A stretch of DNA of 64,000 nt, from positions 2,976,001-3,040,000 of the forward strand of contig OY759316.1 in NCBI GenBank assembly GCA_963662275.1, given 5' to 3'. Below, piece after piece: positions 15,443 through 26,393 of this stretch (position 1 is the first letter of the stretch; each line of letters starts with the position of its first letter). The DNA comes from Candidatus Cloacimonadales bacterium (GTDB lineage: Bacteria > Cloacimonadota > Cloacimonadia > Cloacimonadales > DAONDQ01). The translations under genes and the position numbers were made by a program. The notes under the pieces are model-generated. The model was not told where the DNA came from. It saw only the letters and a list, made by a program, of their open reading frames with translations, and did not search any database.

Positions 15443-15514
15443 ACAAGCTTCTGCTCTTCATCCCCCATTTTTGTCTTGACATTCTACCGTTCAAAATTGA
15501 AGTAGTTTTAACAT

Positions 15515-15591
15515 GCGCCCATAGCTCAATTGGATAGAGCATCTGACTACGGATCAGAAGGTTTGGGGTTCGAGTCCCTTTGGGCGTGCCA
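15515..15591 (+). tRNA. tRNA-Arg(ACG)
   Basis: GCGCCCATAGCTCAATTGGATAGAGCATCTGACTACGGATCAGAAGG...GGGCGTGCCA cloverleaf. Confidence 0.98.
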
Positions 15592-15595
15592 TTTT

Positions 15596-15620
15596 AGCCG
15601 GCATGTGCCGGCTTTTTTTA
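15596..15620 (+). terminator. Intrinsic terminator after tRNA-Arg
   Basis: AGCCGGCA-TG-TGCCGGCT followed by a T run. Confidence 0.85.
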
Positions 15621-15640
15621 TTTGAGAGGATATTGTAATC

Positions 15641-16648
15641 ATGGAGCATAATCATCAGTTGATGACGGAAAATACAGAATGTCACAATTTCAAGATAGGA
15701 AAATTTCCTTTCCTGGTCTATTATCATACTGTATCAGACAGACATCTGCCTCATCTTCGATATTTAATCCACATGAAGACATCCAAGGAACTTGAAACGG
15801 ATCTGGACTACCTGGGAAAGCATTTTAAGTTCATCACGCTTGCTCAATTCCAAGTTTTACTAGAGAATGGACAACAATCTGGAAAACGAAAATTAGTTCT
15901 TACGTTTGATGATGGCTACAGTGAAGTGTCCGATATCGTACAGCCATTGTTGATTAAAAAAGGAATTCCAGCAGCTTTCTTTGTCCCAAGTCGTTTTCTT
16001 GATAATAAGGACATGTTTTATCGCTGTAAAGTCAGTATTATTCGGAATTTTATAGCTACACACACTCTTTCTGAGTCATTATTACATAAACTATCTGAAA
16101 CTCTCCATAAACCTTTATCATCAAAATACGACTTAATACGCTTTTTAGTGTCTCTTTGTTATGACAATTCAGGACTAGTCAATTGTATTTCAGAGATCAT
16201 GGGAATTGATTTCAACCAATATCTGGAGAAATATCATCCCTATTTATCCCACGAGCAGATATATTCACTTCTTGCTTGTGGATTTGAAATCGGTGCTCAT
16301 TCAATGGATCATCCTTTCTATGGGAAAATCGCACTGGAAGAGCAACTGAGACAAACATCAACGTCCATGGATTTCATACAACATACTTTTAAATTACCAT
16401 ATCGATATTTTGCCCTTCCCCACTCTGATGTAGGAGTTTCAGCAGAATTTTATTACCATGTGAGGAAAAATGTTGATCTGCTGCTAGGGGGATATGGATT
16501 GAACTCGTATCCGCAATATCATTACTTTCAACGCTTTAGTATTGAAAAGTATGGAATTAGTCCATCTATTGCCTGGAAAATAGAAGCTACAAAAGTTCTT
16601 CTAAAGAAATCTATTTATCCTTCCTTTTCCATAAATAAAAACAGCTAA
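15641..16648 (+). CDS. Polysaccharide deacetylase (NodB/CE4) family protein
   Basis: LVLTFDDGY, AAFFVP, FEIGAHSMDHP, YFALPH motifs. Confidence 0.88.
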   Translation: MEHNHQLMTENTECHNFKIGKFPFLVYYHTVSDRHLPHLRYLIHMKTSKELETDLDYLGKHFKFITLAQFQVLLENGQQSGKRKLVLTFDDGYSEVSDIVQPLLIKKGIPAAFFVPSRFLDNKDMFYRCKVSIIRNFIATHTLSESLLHKLSETLHKPLSSKYDLIRFLVSLCYDNSGLVNCISEIMGIDFNQYLEKYHPYLSHEQIYSLLACGFEIGAHSMDHPFYGKIALEEQLRQTSTSMDFIQHTFKLPYRYFALPHSDVGVSAEFYYHVRKNVDLLLGGYGLNSYPQYHYFQRFSIEKYGISPSIAWKIEATKVLLKKSIYPSFSINKNS

Positions 16649-16770
16649 TAATGCATATCATTAGTATCTAGAAGCTTATGCTGATTTGATTAACTATTAT
16701 TTCTTTTGTTAAAATTAGTTCTTAATGAAATGGATTGATTTGTGCATTTAAACACGTTAGAGGGGAAAAA

Positions 16771-19719
16771 ATGCGAATTCAATCTAAGATATTAATCCTG
16801 GTTATAATTTTTCTTTGTGTCTTTCTTCTATTCTTACTCGTCTATACATATAGTCAGAGTCATGTTAAAGACATGCTTATACAAAGTGATAAATTTCAGA
16901 AGGAAAACTTTATCAGTTCAATTCTATATTTGCAGCAAGACCAATTCAATAGGATCAGGAACGATGAATTCAAGGGTAATGCAGCAGCAACATCAATTCT
17001 CTCAGCGAATCGGGAATGGCTTAATCAAAATATCAACCCCTTACTCACTTCAGACGCCATCGATTGTGTTTGGTTGTATGATATGTCAGGGAAGCTTATC
17101 TATTTCACATCTAAAAATAATCATGATAATCTAAAAGACACCGGATTTCCTGAGAAGGATTTCGATTCCATATTTTTACCGACAGATAATTACTATCATA
17201 AATATACGACTGCAGGTTTCATGGTATACAGTGGTATGATCATATCAGATAATACCATTAGTATCTTAGACAGTAAAACAAAGTGTTATTTGATCATAGG
17301 TAAATTATGGGATCATGAATTCTTTGCAGATTTGGGACGTAGAATAGGTTATGAAATCAATTTGGTTCCTTATGATAAGAATATGAAACAGTCTGGAAAA
17401 CTATTGAGAGATATTGCTGAGGACAAGATATCAATCAATCTATCTGATGAAAACAAAAAAATAATTGCAATTCTTGAATTTACTCGTGTTAATCAGTTAC
17501 TCAGCCGTTTTGATGAATTATCACTCAGAACAATCCTATATTTTTTCCTAATTGCTGGACTCATGACTCTAATTTCATTGTTCTTACTAAAAAAGTGGAT
17601 CAACACTCCCCTTAAATGGATATCTAATAGTCTAAGATCAAACGATCCTGCGTTATTATCTAATCTTGAGAGAGATACAACCGAATTCGGTGAAATTGCT
17701 CAATTGGTAGATAATTTCTATTCGCAAAAACAAATGCTCGAAAACGAAATGGATGAACGCAAGACAGTAGAAATTATCCTCAGAAAAAGTGAAGAGAAGA
17801 ATCACGCTTTACTAAAGGCAATTCCTGATTATATGTTCATTATAGATGAAAATGGGGTTGTCATTGATTATAATAACCAACCCAATCAAATCACGAATTT
17901 GAAGATATCGGAGTTTCTGAATCAGAATATACGTGATATTCTTCCTTTATCTATTGCCCAAGAGGCATTACAAAATGAGCGAATGATCTTAGATAACAAA
18001 GAAACAGCTAATCAGGAATTTACGCTGGTAATTGATGGTGCCACCAGATACTTTGAAGCCCGTTTCGCCAAATGCAGCGATACCACTGTTCTGATCATGG
18101 TCAGAGATGTATCTGAGTTGAGAGCTTCTGAACGTGCCCTGCGTATGAGTGAAGAAATAAATCGTGCCATCGTTGAAGGCTCTCCCTTAGGTATTACTGT
18201 TCGAAGCAGTACAGGTAAACTACTAGTCTATAATCGAGCCTGGCGTAAAATATGGGCAATTCCTGATGAAATCATAGAATTTGATCTTTCCCAGAAACGG
18301 AATGAAATGCATTTTGATACTCGTGATGATTATTTGAATAAATGGCAGGAAGCAGTAAAGGAGATATATGCAAAGGGAGGAACACTTTACATACCGGAAG
18401 CCAAAACCCTTGGACGCCGTCCTGGTTCAGCGGAATGGATTGCCCAGTATTTTTATGCAATTATGGATCAGAAAAATAATGTCGATCGGGTTGTCATTAT
18501 CACTGAGGATATTTCGGCTCGAAAACGCTCACAAGTGGAATTACTTACAGCAAAGGAACAGGCAGAAGATGCCAGCCGTGCAAAAACTGTATTTTTAGCC
18601 AATATGAGCCATGAAATGCGAACGCCTTTGAACGGCATTCTCGGAATGACCCAACTAATCATAAAGCGTGATGTACAAAATGAAAACTATGAGCAGATGC
18701 ATATTATTCAATCATCTGCACAGGTACTCCTGCAATTGATTACCCAAATACTCGATTATTCAAAATTAGAAGCAGAAAATCTGAAAATGGAAATAACAGA
18801 TTTTTCTATCTATGCTCTAATGGCGGAAATTCAGAAGAAATATCGCAGTATCGCTCTCAAGAAAAATATCGCTGTTGAAATCAATATAGACCCTGCAGTT
18901 CCAGGTTTGATAACATCCGATGCAAAAAGAATTTCACAAGTTATCTCGAACTTAGTGGACAACGGAATCAAGTTTTCAAGTGAAGGCTCTGTCATGTGCA
19001 CTGTTCGCGTTGAAAAGGGAATCTCAGATGTCGTCATGCTTCATGTCATAGTTACTGATCATGGTATTGGTATTCCAGCAGATAAACATGAGCAGATATT
19101 TAAATCTTTCATGCAAAATGGTGGTGACCCGAATTTATTTACAGGAAGCACTGGTTTGGGTTTGGCAATCTGCAAACGAGTTATTGAACATTTGAATGGA
19201 AATATCTGGCTCGAAAGCGAAGTTGGAAAAGGTGCTTCTTTCCATTTTGTTGTTCCAGTTTCAGTCATGGATAACCATCTTCAAACCCCTGATTTCTCAC
19301 ATGTATCAGAACCTGTTGCAGAAATAAAAAAATCCAATCAATTAAGAATTATTGTAGCAGAAGATAATCTGATCAATCAGAAAGTGTTGATGAAAATTCT
19401 GGAGAAATTGGGACATACTGTTGGTTTAGCATTAGATGGAAAACAGGCAATCGCTTTTTGGAAAGAGGATACTTATGATCTTATTCTGATGGATATCCAA
19501 ATGCCTGAGATGAATGGAATTGAAGCAACTTTACATATCCGTGAACATGAAAAGGTAACCGGTGCCCACATTCCAATCATTGCTGTTACAGCTTATGCAA
19601 TGGTAGGAGATAAAGAGAAATTCCTTGTCGCAGGGATGGATGAATACATTCCAAAACCTATCAATGTGAATCAATTGAATGAGATTCTGCTGAAGATAAT
19701 CGCGTGGAAGAAGAGTTAA
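16771..19719 (+). CDS. Hybrid sensor histidine kinase (2 TM, PAS x2, HisKA, HATPase, REC)
   Basis: [17 protein letters not shown]-box, [16 protein letters not shown], receiver AEDNLINQ...[11 protein letters not shown]; start at the ATG after AGAGGGG. Confidence 0.95.
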   Translation: MRIQSKILILVIIFLCVFLLFLLVYTYSQSHVKDMLIQSDKFQKENFISSILYLQQDQFNRIRNDEFKGNAAATSILSANREWLNQNINPLLTSDAIDCVWLYDMSGKLIYFTSKNNHDNLKDTGFPEKDFDSIFLPTDNYYHKYTTAGFMVYSGMIISDNTISILDSKTKCYLIIGKLWDHEFFADLGRRIGYEINLVPYDKNMKQSGKLLRDIAEDKISINLSDENKKIIAILEFTRVNQLLSRFDELSLRTILYFFLIAGLMTLISLFLLKKWINTPLKWISNSLRSNDPALLSNLERDTTEFGEIAQLVDNFYSQKQMLENEMDERKTVEIILRKSEEKNHALLKAIPDYMFIIDENGVVIDYNNQPNQITNLKISEFLNQNIRDILPLSIAQEALQNERMILDNKETANQEFTLVIDGATRYFEARFAKCSDTTVLIMVRDVSELRASERALRMSEEINRAIVEGSPLGITVRSSTGKLLVYNRAWRKIWAIPDEIIEFDLSQKRNEMHFDTRDDYLNKWQEAVKEIYAKGGTLYIPEAKTLGRRPGSAEWIAQYFYAIMDQKNNVDRVVIITEDISARKRSQVELLTAKEQAEDASRAKTVFLANMSHEMRTPLNGILGMTQLIIKRDVQNENYEQMHIIQSSAQVLLQLITQILDYSKLEAENLKMEITDFSIYALMAEIQKKYRSIALKKNIAVEINIDPAVPGLITSDAKRISQVISNLVDNGIKFSSEGSVMCTVRVEKGISDVVMLHVIVTDHGIGIPADKHEQIFKSFMQNGGDPNLFTGSTGLGLAICKRVIEHLNGNIWLESEVGKGASFHFVVPVSVMDNHLQTPDFSHVSEPVAEIKKSNQLRIIVAEDNLINQKVLMKILEKLGHTVGLALDGKQAIAFWKEDTYDLILMDIQMPEMNGIEATLHIREHEKVTGAHIPIIAVTAYAMVGDKEKFLVAGMDEYIPKPINVNQLNEILLKIIAWKKS

Positions 19720-21526
19720 TTTGTTTCAATTGAGCCAGGATAGTTTTAGCAAGTTTAAGTCCAATACCTTTGATACCAGCAAGTTCTTCAGGAGTTGCCT
19801 GACTGATTATCGATACAGAACCAAATTCTTTTAAAAGCAGGAACTTGGTCTTCTCTCCAATTCCTTTTATCTGATCTAAATCACTGGTTAATGTCCTGGA
19901 AGATCTTCTCTGCCTATGGAATGTGACTGCAAAACGATGTGCTTCATCTCTGATATTTGTAAGCAATCGCAAAGCAGAAGATGAGCGAGGTAAAATAATC
20001 GATTGGGATTGACCCGGGATAAATATCTCTTCAATTCTCTTTGCCAGCGACATCATTAGAATATCAGGAAGCTCAAATCTCTTCAAAATTGAATAAGCTG
20101 CGCTCAATTGCCCCTTTCCCCCATCAATGATGATCAGATCAGGTTTATCATTCTCATTCTCAATCACATGCTTCAAATAACGTTCTAAAGTTTCTGCAAG
20201 AGATGCAAAATCATCCTGTCCAACTACTGTTTTAATGATAAAACGGCGATATTGCTTTTTCAATGGCTTGCCATTTTCAAAGAAAATGCCTGAGGCAACA
20301 GTATCTGTTCCCTGGATTGTGGAAATATCAAAACAAACTATTTTACGAGGTAGCTTAGGTAAATTCAGTTTATCCTTCAACTCCTGTACAGGAAAGACAG
20401 TACGATGTGTTTTTCTCAAATGGGACAGCTTTTGTTCTTCCACATAGTTATAAGCATTCTGACGTGCCATTGTGATCAATTGATTCTTTTCACCACGTTG
20501 AGGCAGTAATATTCTTTTATGAAGCCATTCATTGAGAACTTTAAAATCATCAGGTTCCACTTGTAGCAGAATATCATGCGGAAGATCATCCACGTTTGTG
20601 TAGTATTGCCCAAGAAATGCAGCCATCAATTCTGATGGTGCAGCGTCTTCGATTTGTGTGAGAGGATACAGTTCCTTGTTAATCAGTTTTCCTGCCCGCA
20701 TCTTTAAGACTACCATGGCACCCAGGTTTTCTTCCTGGTAAAAACCAATAATATCACGGTTCTTTTCATCTGTAAAATACATGGTTTGTGTATTTTGTAT
20801 CTTTTCCAATTCGCGGATACGATCCCGTACTTTGGCAGCTTCTTCAAACTTCATTTCTGTTGATAAACGCTGCATTTCATCCTTCATCTCTTCAATAATG
20901 ACAGTATGCCTGCCAGTAAGAAAATTGATGATTTGAAGAACGATCCTGCGGTATTCTTTCATGCTTATCTTTCCGACACATGGAGCTGTACAGATTCCGA
21001 GTTGATAATTAATACAGGCACGTTCGTATTGTGGAGATCCATCATTGATGATACGTTTGCAATTACGGATGGGAAATATCCATTCCATGGAACGAAGGGT
21101 ACGACGCAAGTATTTTACATCTGTATAAGGTCCAAAGTATTTTGCTCCATCTTTCATTAAAGTACGTGTGATAACAACCCTTGGAAATGCTTCCTGCATT
21201 GTAATACAGATAAATGGATAGCGTTTGTCATCTTTCAGAAGGATGTTATATTTGGGTCTGTGCTTTTTTATCAGATTAGCTTCAAGCGCAAATGCTTCTG
21301 CTTCCGTATTAGTGATGATGTAATCAAGATCAAAGATGTGCTCCACCAAGCGTTTTGTTTTACGATCAACAGGAGAGCCTGTTAGATAAGAACGTACCCG
21401 ATACTTGAGGTTTAATGCCTTTCCGACATAGATGATCTTTTTCTTTTCATCGTGCCAAAGATATACTCCTGGCTTATCAGGCAATAGTTGGAGCTTATCC
21501 TTTAATGCCTGTGAAATTTCTGCCAT
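19661..21526 (-). CDS. uvrC: Excinuclease ABC subunit C
   Basis: GIY-YIG N-terminus (PGVY...IYVGKA.NL..RV.SY), FDIST, IIDGGKGQL, RDEAHRFA, HhH tail. Confidence 0.98.
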   Translation of the reverse strand: MAEISQALKDKLQLLPDKPGVYLWHDEKKKIIYVGKALNLKYRVRSYLTGSPVDRKTKRLVEHIFDLDYIITNTEAEAFALEANLIKKHRPKYNILLKDDKRYPFICITMQEAFPRVVITRTLMKDGAKYFGPYTDVKYLRRTLRSMEWIFPIRNCKRIINDGSPQYERACINYQLGICTAPCVGKISMKEYRRIVLQIINFLTGRHTVIIEEMKDEMQRLSTEMKFEEAAKVRDRIRELEKIQNTQTMYFTDEKNRDIIGFYQEENLGAMVVLKMRAGKLINKELYPLTQIEDAAPSELMAAFLGQYYTNVDDLPHDILLQVEPDDFKVLNEWLHKRILLPQRGEKNQLITMARQNAYNYVEEQKLSHLRKTHRTVFPVQELKDKLNLPKLPRKIVCFDISTIQGTDTVASGIFFENGKPLKKQYRRFIIKTVVGQDDFASLAETLERYLKHVIENENDKPDLIIIDGGKGQLSAAYSILKRFELPDILMMSLAKRIEEIFIPGQSQSIILPRSSSALRLLTNIRDEAHRFAVTFHRQRRSSRTLTSDLDQIKGIGEKTKFLLLKEFGSVSIISQATPEELAGIKGIGLKLAKTILAQLKQINSSSTRLSSAESHSIDSH

Positions 21527-23064
21527 AAGTTCTTCCGTATCTGTTCACTGTAAGCAACTTTCCATGCACTTGCCCCAACCGCAAACACGATAAAGCTCAG
21601 TCCTGAGGCAAGAGTATCTTTGATCAGCAGTTGTATTCTGCTTTCATAAGAAAAAAATCGATTAATGATCATCAGCAAGGCAAATATGATGACTGAAAGA
21701 ACACCGATTTTAGCGATGTTATTCCAAATGTTCGTATACTTCACATCCGGCATCTGTTTCTTCATGAGACGAATAAGAATGATGTAGTTTACAATTGCCG
21801 TGATAGATGTAGCCAATGCCAAGCCCATATGAAAGAGAAATTGCATGAGAATGAAGTTCAAAGTGATATTCAATCCTGCCATCCAGGCAGCAACACGAAC
21901 TGGTGTTCGTGTGTCCTTATTGGCGTAAAAGACGGGTGTAATTGTTTGATTCAAACTAAAAAACAACAATCCCAGCGAATAAGCAGCCAAGGCTTTATAA
22001 GTCATCATAGAAGCGTTTTGATCAAACCGACCCATACGGAATAGGATATGAACGAAATCCTGTCCTAAAGCAAGGATTATTGCTGTGACAGGCAACATTA
22101 TGTAAGCCAGGGATATGGAAGCAAATCGAAGGCTATCCGATAATCCTTCCCAATTCTTTTCTGAAGTATATCTGGAAAAAAGAGGAAGAACGGCTGTTCC
22201 GGTTGCAATGGCAAAGATACCCAAAGGTAATTGCATCAGCCGATTCCCGAAACTCAATGCAGAGATAGAACCGATGGGTAAAAACGAAGCCATAAAGACA
22301 TCAGCATAGAGATTGATCTCACGAATACCAATTCCAACCATTGCCGGGATGAATCGCTTCCACATGATTGTCAGAGCTTCACCACTAAATCTGAGTATGA
22401 TTTTAAAATTATACCCGATTCTTTTCAAATACGGAAAGTTGATGATCGTTTGTAAAAAACCACCAAGAACAACACCCCAAGCTGCTTGGAAGATCAGTTC
22501 TGTATTCGGTATGGGACCAATCCAAACAGGTATCAATATCGTGGCAATCATGCCAATATTCCAAAGTGCTGAAGAGAGACCAGTCATAAAGAAATAATCA
22601 TGGGAATTCAGAATTGCAATCATCGTGGATGATAAACCGATAAAAAATAGGTAGGGAAAAATGATTCTGCATAATTTTACCGCTAATTCACTGGTTTGAA
22701 TTGGTAGACCAGGAGATATCAGCTTGATGATCAAAGGTGCAAATATTATCCCCACTAAAGTCAGGGCTAATAACACTGATGTCAATATGGAAAGAACATT
22801 CAGCGCGAATCGTATCTGTTCTTTCTTATTTTCCTTCATCCCGATTTCATTGTAGATAGGCACAAACGCAGCGGATAGTGCCCCTTCTCCAAATAAACGA
22901 CGCAGGAGATTTACAATGTTGAAGGATACATTGAAAGCATCATTGAGGTAGGTCGTACCAAAATAATAAGCCATAATCTGGTCGCGTACAAGCCCTAATA
23001 TCCTGCTGAAAAAGACAGCTATGGACATTACGCCAACATTACGTGCCAGTTTCTTTGTACTCAT
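21502..23064 (-). CDS. murJ: Lipid II flippase MurJ/MviN
   Basis: SRILGLVRD, RRLFGEGALSAAFVP, RLMQLPLGIF; many TM segments. Confidence 0.96.
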   Translation of the reverse strand: MSTKKLARNVGVMSIAVFFSRILGLVRDQIMAYYFGTTYLNDAFNVSFNIVNLLRRLFGEGALSAAFVPIYNEIGMKENKKEQIRFALNVLSILTSVLLALTLVGIIFAPLIIKLISPGLPIQTSELAVKLCRIIFPYLFFIGLSSTMIAILNSHDYFFMTGLSSALWNIGMIATILIPVWIGPIPNTELIFQAAWGVVLGGFLQTIINFPYLKRIGYNFKIILRFSGEALTIMWKRFIPAMVGIGIREINLYADVFMASFLPIGSISALSFGNRLMQLPLGIFAIATGTAVLPLFSRYTSEKNWEGLSDSLRFASISLAYIMLPVTAIILALGQDFVHILFRMGRFDQNASMMTYKALAAYSLGLLFFSLNQTITPVFYANKDTRTPVRVAAWMAGLNITLNFILMQFLFHMGLALATSITAIVNYIILIRLMKKQMPDVKYTNIWNNIAKIGVLSVIIFALLMIINRFFSYESRIQLLIKDTLASGLSFIVFAVGASAWKVAYSEQIRKNLWQKFHRH

Positions 23065-23084
23065 TTTACCTCATTACTAAGTTC

Positions 23085-23211
23085 TGGAGTTCAAATTTCC
23101 ATCGAATCTACTACGACTTCTCAAGTAACAGGAAATTCGGACTTCAAAATCGACCTTTCATCATCGGTAGCGAAAACTCGTTTTCTGGGAAGTTCAAAAT
23201 CGACCTTTCAT
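23085..23211. repeat. GAAGTCC-hairpin-GAACTCC family repeat, inverted copy
   Basis: Reverse complement matches 9674-9716 and 23836-23930; internal duplication of TTCAAAATCGACCTTTCATC. Confidence 0.75.
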
Positions 23212-23244
23212 CCATTGCATAATCCTTTTTATGATAATCTATTC

Positions 23245-23613
23245 TCAATACAGAATGTGTATCTTCTTTTTCCTTGTATCGTTCCGAATGATCAAACTGA
23301 TCTTCTCTGGCATACAAACAATAGGAGACTGATCTGACCAGCCTTGCTTGATGCACAGCTTATTCTTACAAGGTGAGTTCAGCATCCTGACTTTTCCATC
23401 TCTGGTTTCTGCCGTGCACCCGGGAAAGATTTCTATAACTTGATTCTTTGCCAATGAATATTCTGCAAGCAATATATTATTCCGATAAACTTCTACAGTT
23501 CCCTTCTTTCCCTGGTGTGGAAAGGCAAATATCATGGCGACAGCCACGATGATCAGGAAAATGACCAGTATTTTATCTGAGTTCGTGAGTTTCAGCCACA
23601 GGAGTTTTAGCAT
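23245..23613 (-). CDS. NusG domain II-containing (DUF1312-like) protein
   Basis: N-terminal TM helix; SPCKNKLCIKQGW...IVCMPEKI pattern. Confidence 0.85.
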   Translation of the reverse strand: MLKLLWLKLTNSDKILVIFLIIVAVAMIFAFPHQGKKGTVEVYRNNILLAEYSLAKNQVIEIFPGCTAETRDGKVRMLNSPCKNKLCIKQGWSDQSPIVCMPEKISLIIRNDTRKKKIHILY

Positions 23614-23630
23614 GGAACCTCATTCCGGTT

Positions 23631-23975
23631 CCCCTCACTTTTGATAAAGGGAGGGGTTAGGGGAGAGTTAGATTCTCTGCTTTGAATCTGTTTATTTCGG
23701 TGCATCTCGATACGATTTCTCGTTTTTCGACTCAGGTTTTTGGAGTTCAATTGCCCTAACTGATTTTCAATGAATACCTTACTAAAAGGGCAAATGGACT
23801 TCAAAACCGAAAGATTTGAACTTCCCAAAAAAAAAGGTTTCGCTTCCGATGATGAAAGGTCGATTTTGAAGTCCGAATTTCCTATCAGTTGAGCTTTCGA
23901 AAAAGATACGAAGGAAATTTGAACTCCAAACCTCTTCATACTCTGTTTTTCGTGTATTTCGTGTGTTTCGTGGTT
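23631..23975. repeat. Mosaic intergenic region of several repeat families
   Basis: CCCCTC-AAGGGAGGGG hairpin ending GGAGAGTTAG (23631-23671), two opposed GAAGTCC-family copies (23737-23930), and 9-nt TTCGTG(T) repeats (~23949-23973). Confidence 0.7.
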
Positions 23976-23988
23976 AATTTCTTCAATA

Positions 23989-24972
23989 CTAGAACTTGCC
24001 ATACAACTTCGCCCCACATTTTCTGCATCTATCTCCATCCAATCCTTCATTCCTGGTTGCATACCCCATTCTTTCCAGCAAAAGAGCTTTGCAGTTAAAA
24101 CAACTGGTATTGAATGATTCATGTTGAGCTATATTACCAACATACACATAATGCAATTTCTTGATAGCTATCTTGTATGCTGTATTCAGTGTTTTTTCAG
24201 GTGTAGGTTGTTCCTTCATTTTGAATCGAGGAAAATATCTACTGAAATGCAAAGGAATATCAGGATTTAAAGCAGCTACCCAATCCACCAGACTCTCTAT
24301 TTGCTCCGTGCTATCATTCTTCCCAGGTATCAAGAGATTCGTAATTTCCAAGTGAGAGACACTTGCTACTGAAGATATCGTCTTCAACACCGGTGCAACA
24401 TGTGCACCGCATATCTTTTCATAAAATTCATCATCCATTGATTTCAAATCAATATTCCAGGCATCTACAATCGGCAACAGCTCCTGTAATGGCTCTGGAT
24501 TGATGAAGCCATTACTCACCATTACAATTCGAATCCCTGCTTCTTTGAACAAAGGAGCGCAGTCCATGATGTATTCGAACCACATCAAAGGCTCCGTGTA
24601 AGTGAAAGCAACCTGTCTGGCTTTTGTAGCTAGAACCTTTTCACATAATTGAACCGGACTGATATGCATTGTATTGACTTCAAACTGGCTAATCTCATAA
24701 TTCTGGCAGAAAGCACAGGAGAAATTGCATGAATTCGGACCAAGAGAGAGGATTTGTGAACCGGGATAATAGTGATATAGGGGCTTCTTCTCAATGGGAT
24801 CAATACTCAGGGAAATTGTATTCCCATAGTTTTCAGTATAAAGAATGCCTTTGTGATTGACACGGCTCCTGCATTTGCCTTGAGCACCTTCTTCTATCAT
24901 GCATATATGAGGACACAAAAGGCATTGCACTTTCTCATTAGTTTCTTTCCTGTAATAGCGTGCTTCTTTCAT
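23989..24972 (-). CDS. AmmeMemoRadiSam-type radical SAM enzyme (PFL-activase-like)
   Basis: VQCLLCPHIC, DPIEKKPLYHYYPG, CNFSCAFCQN (CxxxCxxC), AFTYTEP. Confidence 0.9.
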   Translation of the reverse strand: MKEARYYRKETNEKVQCLLCPHICMIEEGAQGKCRSRVNHKGILYTENYGNTISLSIDPIEKKPLYHYYPGSQILSLGPNSCNFSCAFCQNYEISQFEVNTMHISPVQLCEKVLATKARQVAFTYTEPLMWFEYIMDCAPLFKEAGIRIVMVSNGFINPEPLQELLPIVDAWNIDLKSMDDEFYEKICGAHVAPVLKTISSVASVSHLEITNLLIPGKNDSTEQIESLVDWVAALNPDIPLHFSRYFPRFKMKEQPTPEKTLNTAYKIAIKKLHYVYVGNIAQHESFNTSCFNCKALLLERMGYATRNEGLDGDRCRKCGAKLYGKF

Positions 24973-24981
24973 ATATTAACT

Positions 24982-26250
24982 CTATATCCACTTTTCTATC
25001 GTCTTTAAATTGATTTCGAGACTGTGGGAATACATATCGATGACAGATTTACCCGCATTCCCCATACTTATACGTAACTCTTCATTTTGAGCGATGTCAA
25101 TGATATCTTCTGCAAATGAGTTTATACTGGATATCTTAATTGCCTTCTCTTCTTGAAGCTTTGCTACACTATCACGACAAGAAGAATAGTAGTTGCCCAT
25201 AATAATTGGAAGTCTATAAAATGCTGCTTCCAATGGATTATGCCCACCGAAGTCATAGAAACTACCACCAATAATAGCCAAGTCAGCCATTGCATAAGTT
25301 TCTACAAGCACACCCATCTGGTCAACGATACACATACGTACCTTAGACAGTGGCTCCGCATTTACGCTGTCTAGTAACACCGGCTTCAGGTGGTTTTGTT
25401 CTGAATATAACTCATACTCCACAGTTGAATAGATAGTCTTAATTTCTTCCATCCTATTCAAATGCCTGGGAACAAGAATTATGTATAGATTCGGAATCTT
25501 TTTTCTTAAAGCAGGTATTACATCTCTCAGCATTACTTCCTCACCTGGTCTGCTGGAACCGAACACAATTACAAAAGCATCCTCGGGTATATTCCAGGCA
25601 GAACGTAATTCATTACGTTTATAATCAGGCAGTTTCAATGCAAACTTCAAATTTCCAGCATTTTTCACATCTTTGAACCCGAGAAACCGAAAACGATCTG
25701 CATCCAACTCTGATTGGGCATTGATTTGAGTAATAAAGGGCTGGATGACTTTCCACAATAGGTTCATCCTTTTATACTTAGGATATGATTTATCTGATAT
25801 ACGTGCATTCACAAGGATCACAGGAATCTTGTGTCTTTGCAGTTGATCAAGCATTACAGGCCATATCTCAGTTTCAATCAGGACAACGATACAGGGATTC
25901 AACGTTTTGATGAACTTCGTCATAATTCGAGGAATATCTAAGGGAAGCAGGTGCGTATAAAGATGTTTATCAATCTGCTGGGCAGTTTTCATGCCTGTAG
26001 TAGAAGTGGTTGTAAGTAGAATATCACGATCCGGATGACGTTCTAATAGTTCTTTTACAAGTTCCTTACAAGCATTGACTTCCCCGACTGATGCAGCGTG
26101 TATCCAAATAATATTCTTCAATTCGGGAGTAAGGAAGCCCAGTCGCTGTTTATTTTCAGATTTTGGTAAGATGAAATTGAGAAATGGCGAAATAACGATA
26201 TAGATAAAATCTAACAATAAGCGATAAAGAAAGAATAGAAACCGGGACAT
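24982..26250 (-). CDS. waaA: 3-deoxy-D-manno-octulosonic acid (Kdo) transferase
   Basis: IWIHAASVGEV, ETEIWP, NARISDKS, GGSF..FGGHNPLEAA; start at the ATG after GGAG. Confidence 0.93.
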   Translation of the reverse strand: MSRFLFFLYRLLLDFIYIVISPFLNFILPKSENKQRLGFLTPELKNIIWIHAASVGEVNACKELVKELLERHPDRDILLTTTSTTGMKTAQQIDKHLYTHLLPLDIPRIMTKFIKTLNPCIVVLIETEIWPVMLDQLQRHKIPVILVNARISDKSYPKYKRMNLLWKVIQPFITQINAQSELDADRFRFLGFKDVKNAGNLKFALKLPDYKRNELRSAWNIPEDAFVIVFGSSRPGEEVMLRDVIPALRKKIPNLYIILVPRHLNRMEEIKTIYSTVEYELYSEQNHLKPVLLDSVNAEPLSKVRMCIVDQMGVLVETYAMADLAIIGGSFYDFGGHNPLEAAFYRLPIIMGNYYSSCRDSVAKLQEEKAIKISSINSFAEDIIDIAQNEELRISMGNAGKSVIDMYSHSLEINLKTIEKWI

Positions 26251-26280
26251 ATATTCTCCGCTGGTTTTCTTTTTCAATAA

Positions 26281-26308
26281 AAATGGGTGTTGCCTGATGA
26301 CAACACCC
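26281..26308 (-). terminator. Hairpin/terminator downstream of tRNA-Asp
   Basis: GGGTGTTG/CAACACCC stem with a T-rich tail on the minus strand. Confidence 0.65.
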
Positions 26309-26316
26309 GAAATTTA

Positions 26317-26393
26317 TGGCGGGAGAGACGAGACTCGAACTCGCGGCCTTCTGCGTGACAGGCAGACGTTCTAACCAACTGAACTACTCCCCC
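26317..26393 (-). tRNA. tRNA-Asp(GTC)
   Basis: GGGGGAGTAGTTCAGTTGGTTAGAACGTCTGCCTGTCACGCAGA...CTCCCGCCA cloverleaf. Confidence 0.97.

Noticed and set aside
15476..15508. IS targeting of the tRNA-Arg promoter
   Set aside because: TTGACA is present but there is no well-spaced -10, so promoter targeting cannot be supported from one site.
19661..19719. 59-bp convergent overlap of kinase and uvrC 3' ends
   Set aside because: Real but commonplace; no sign of a special function.
23607..24122. 171-aa ORF
   Set aside because: Overlaps the radical SAM gene in another frame and is mostly translated repeat sequence.
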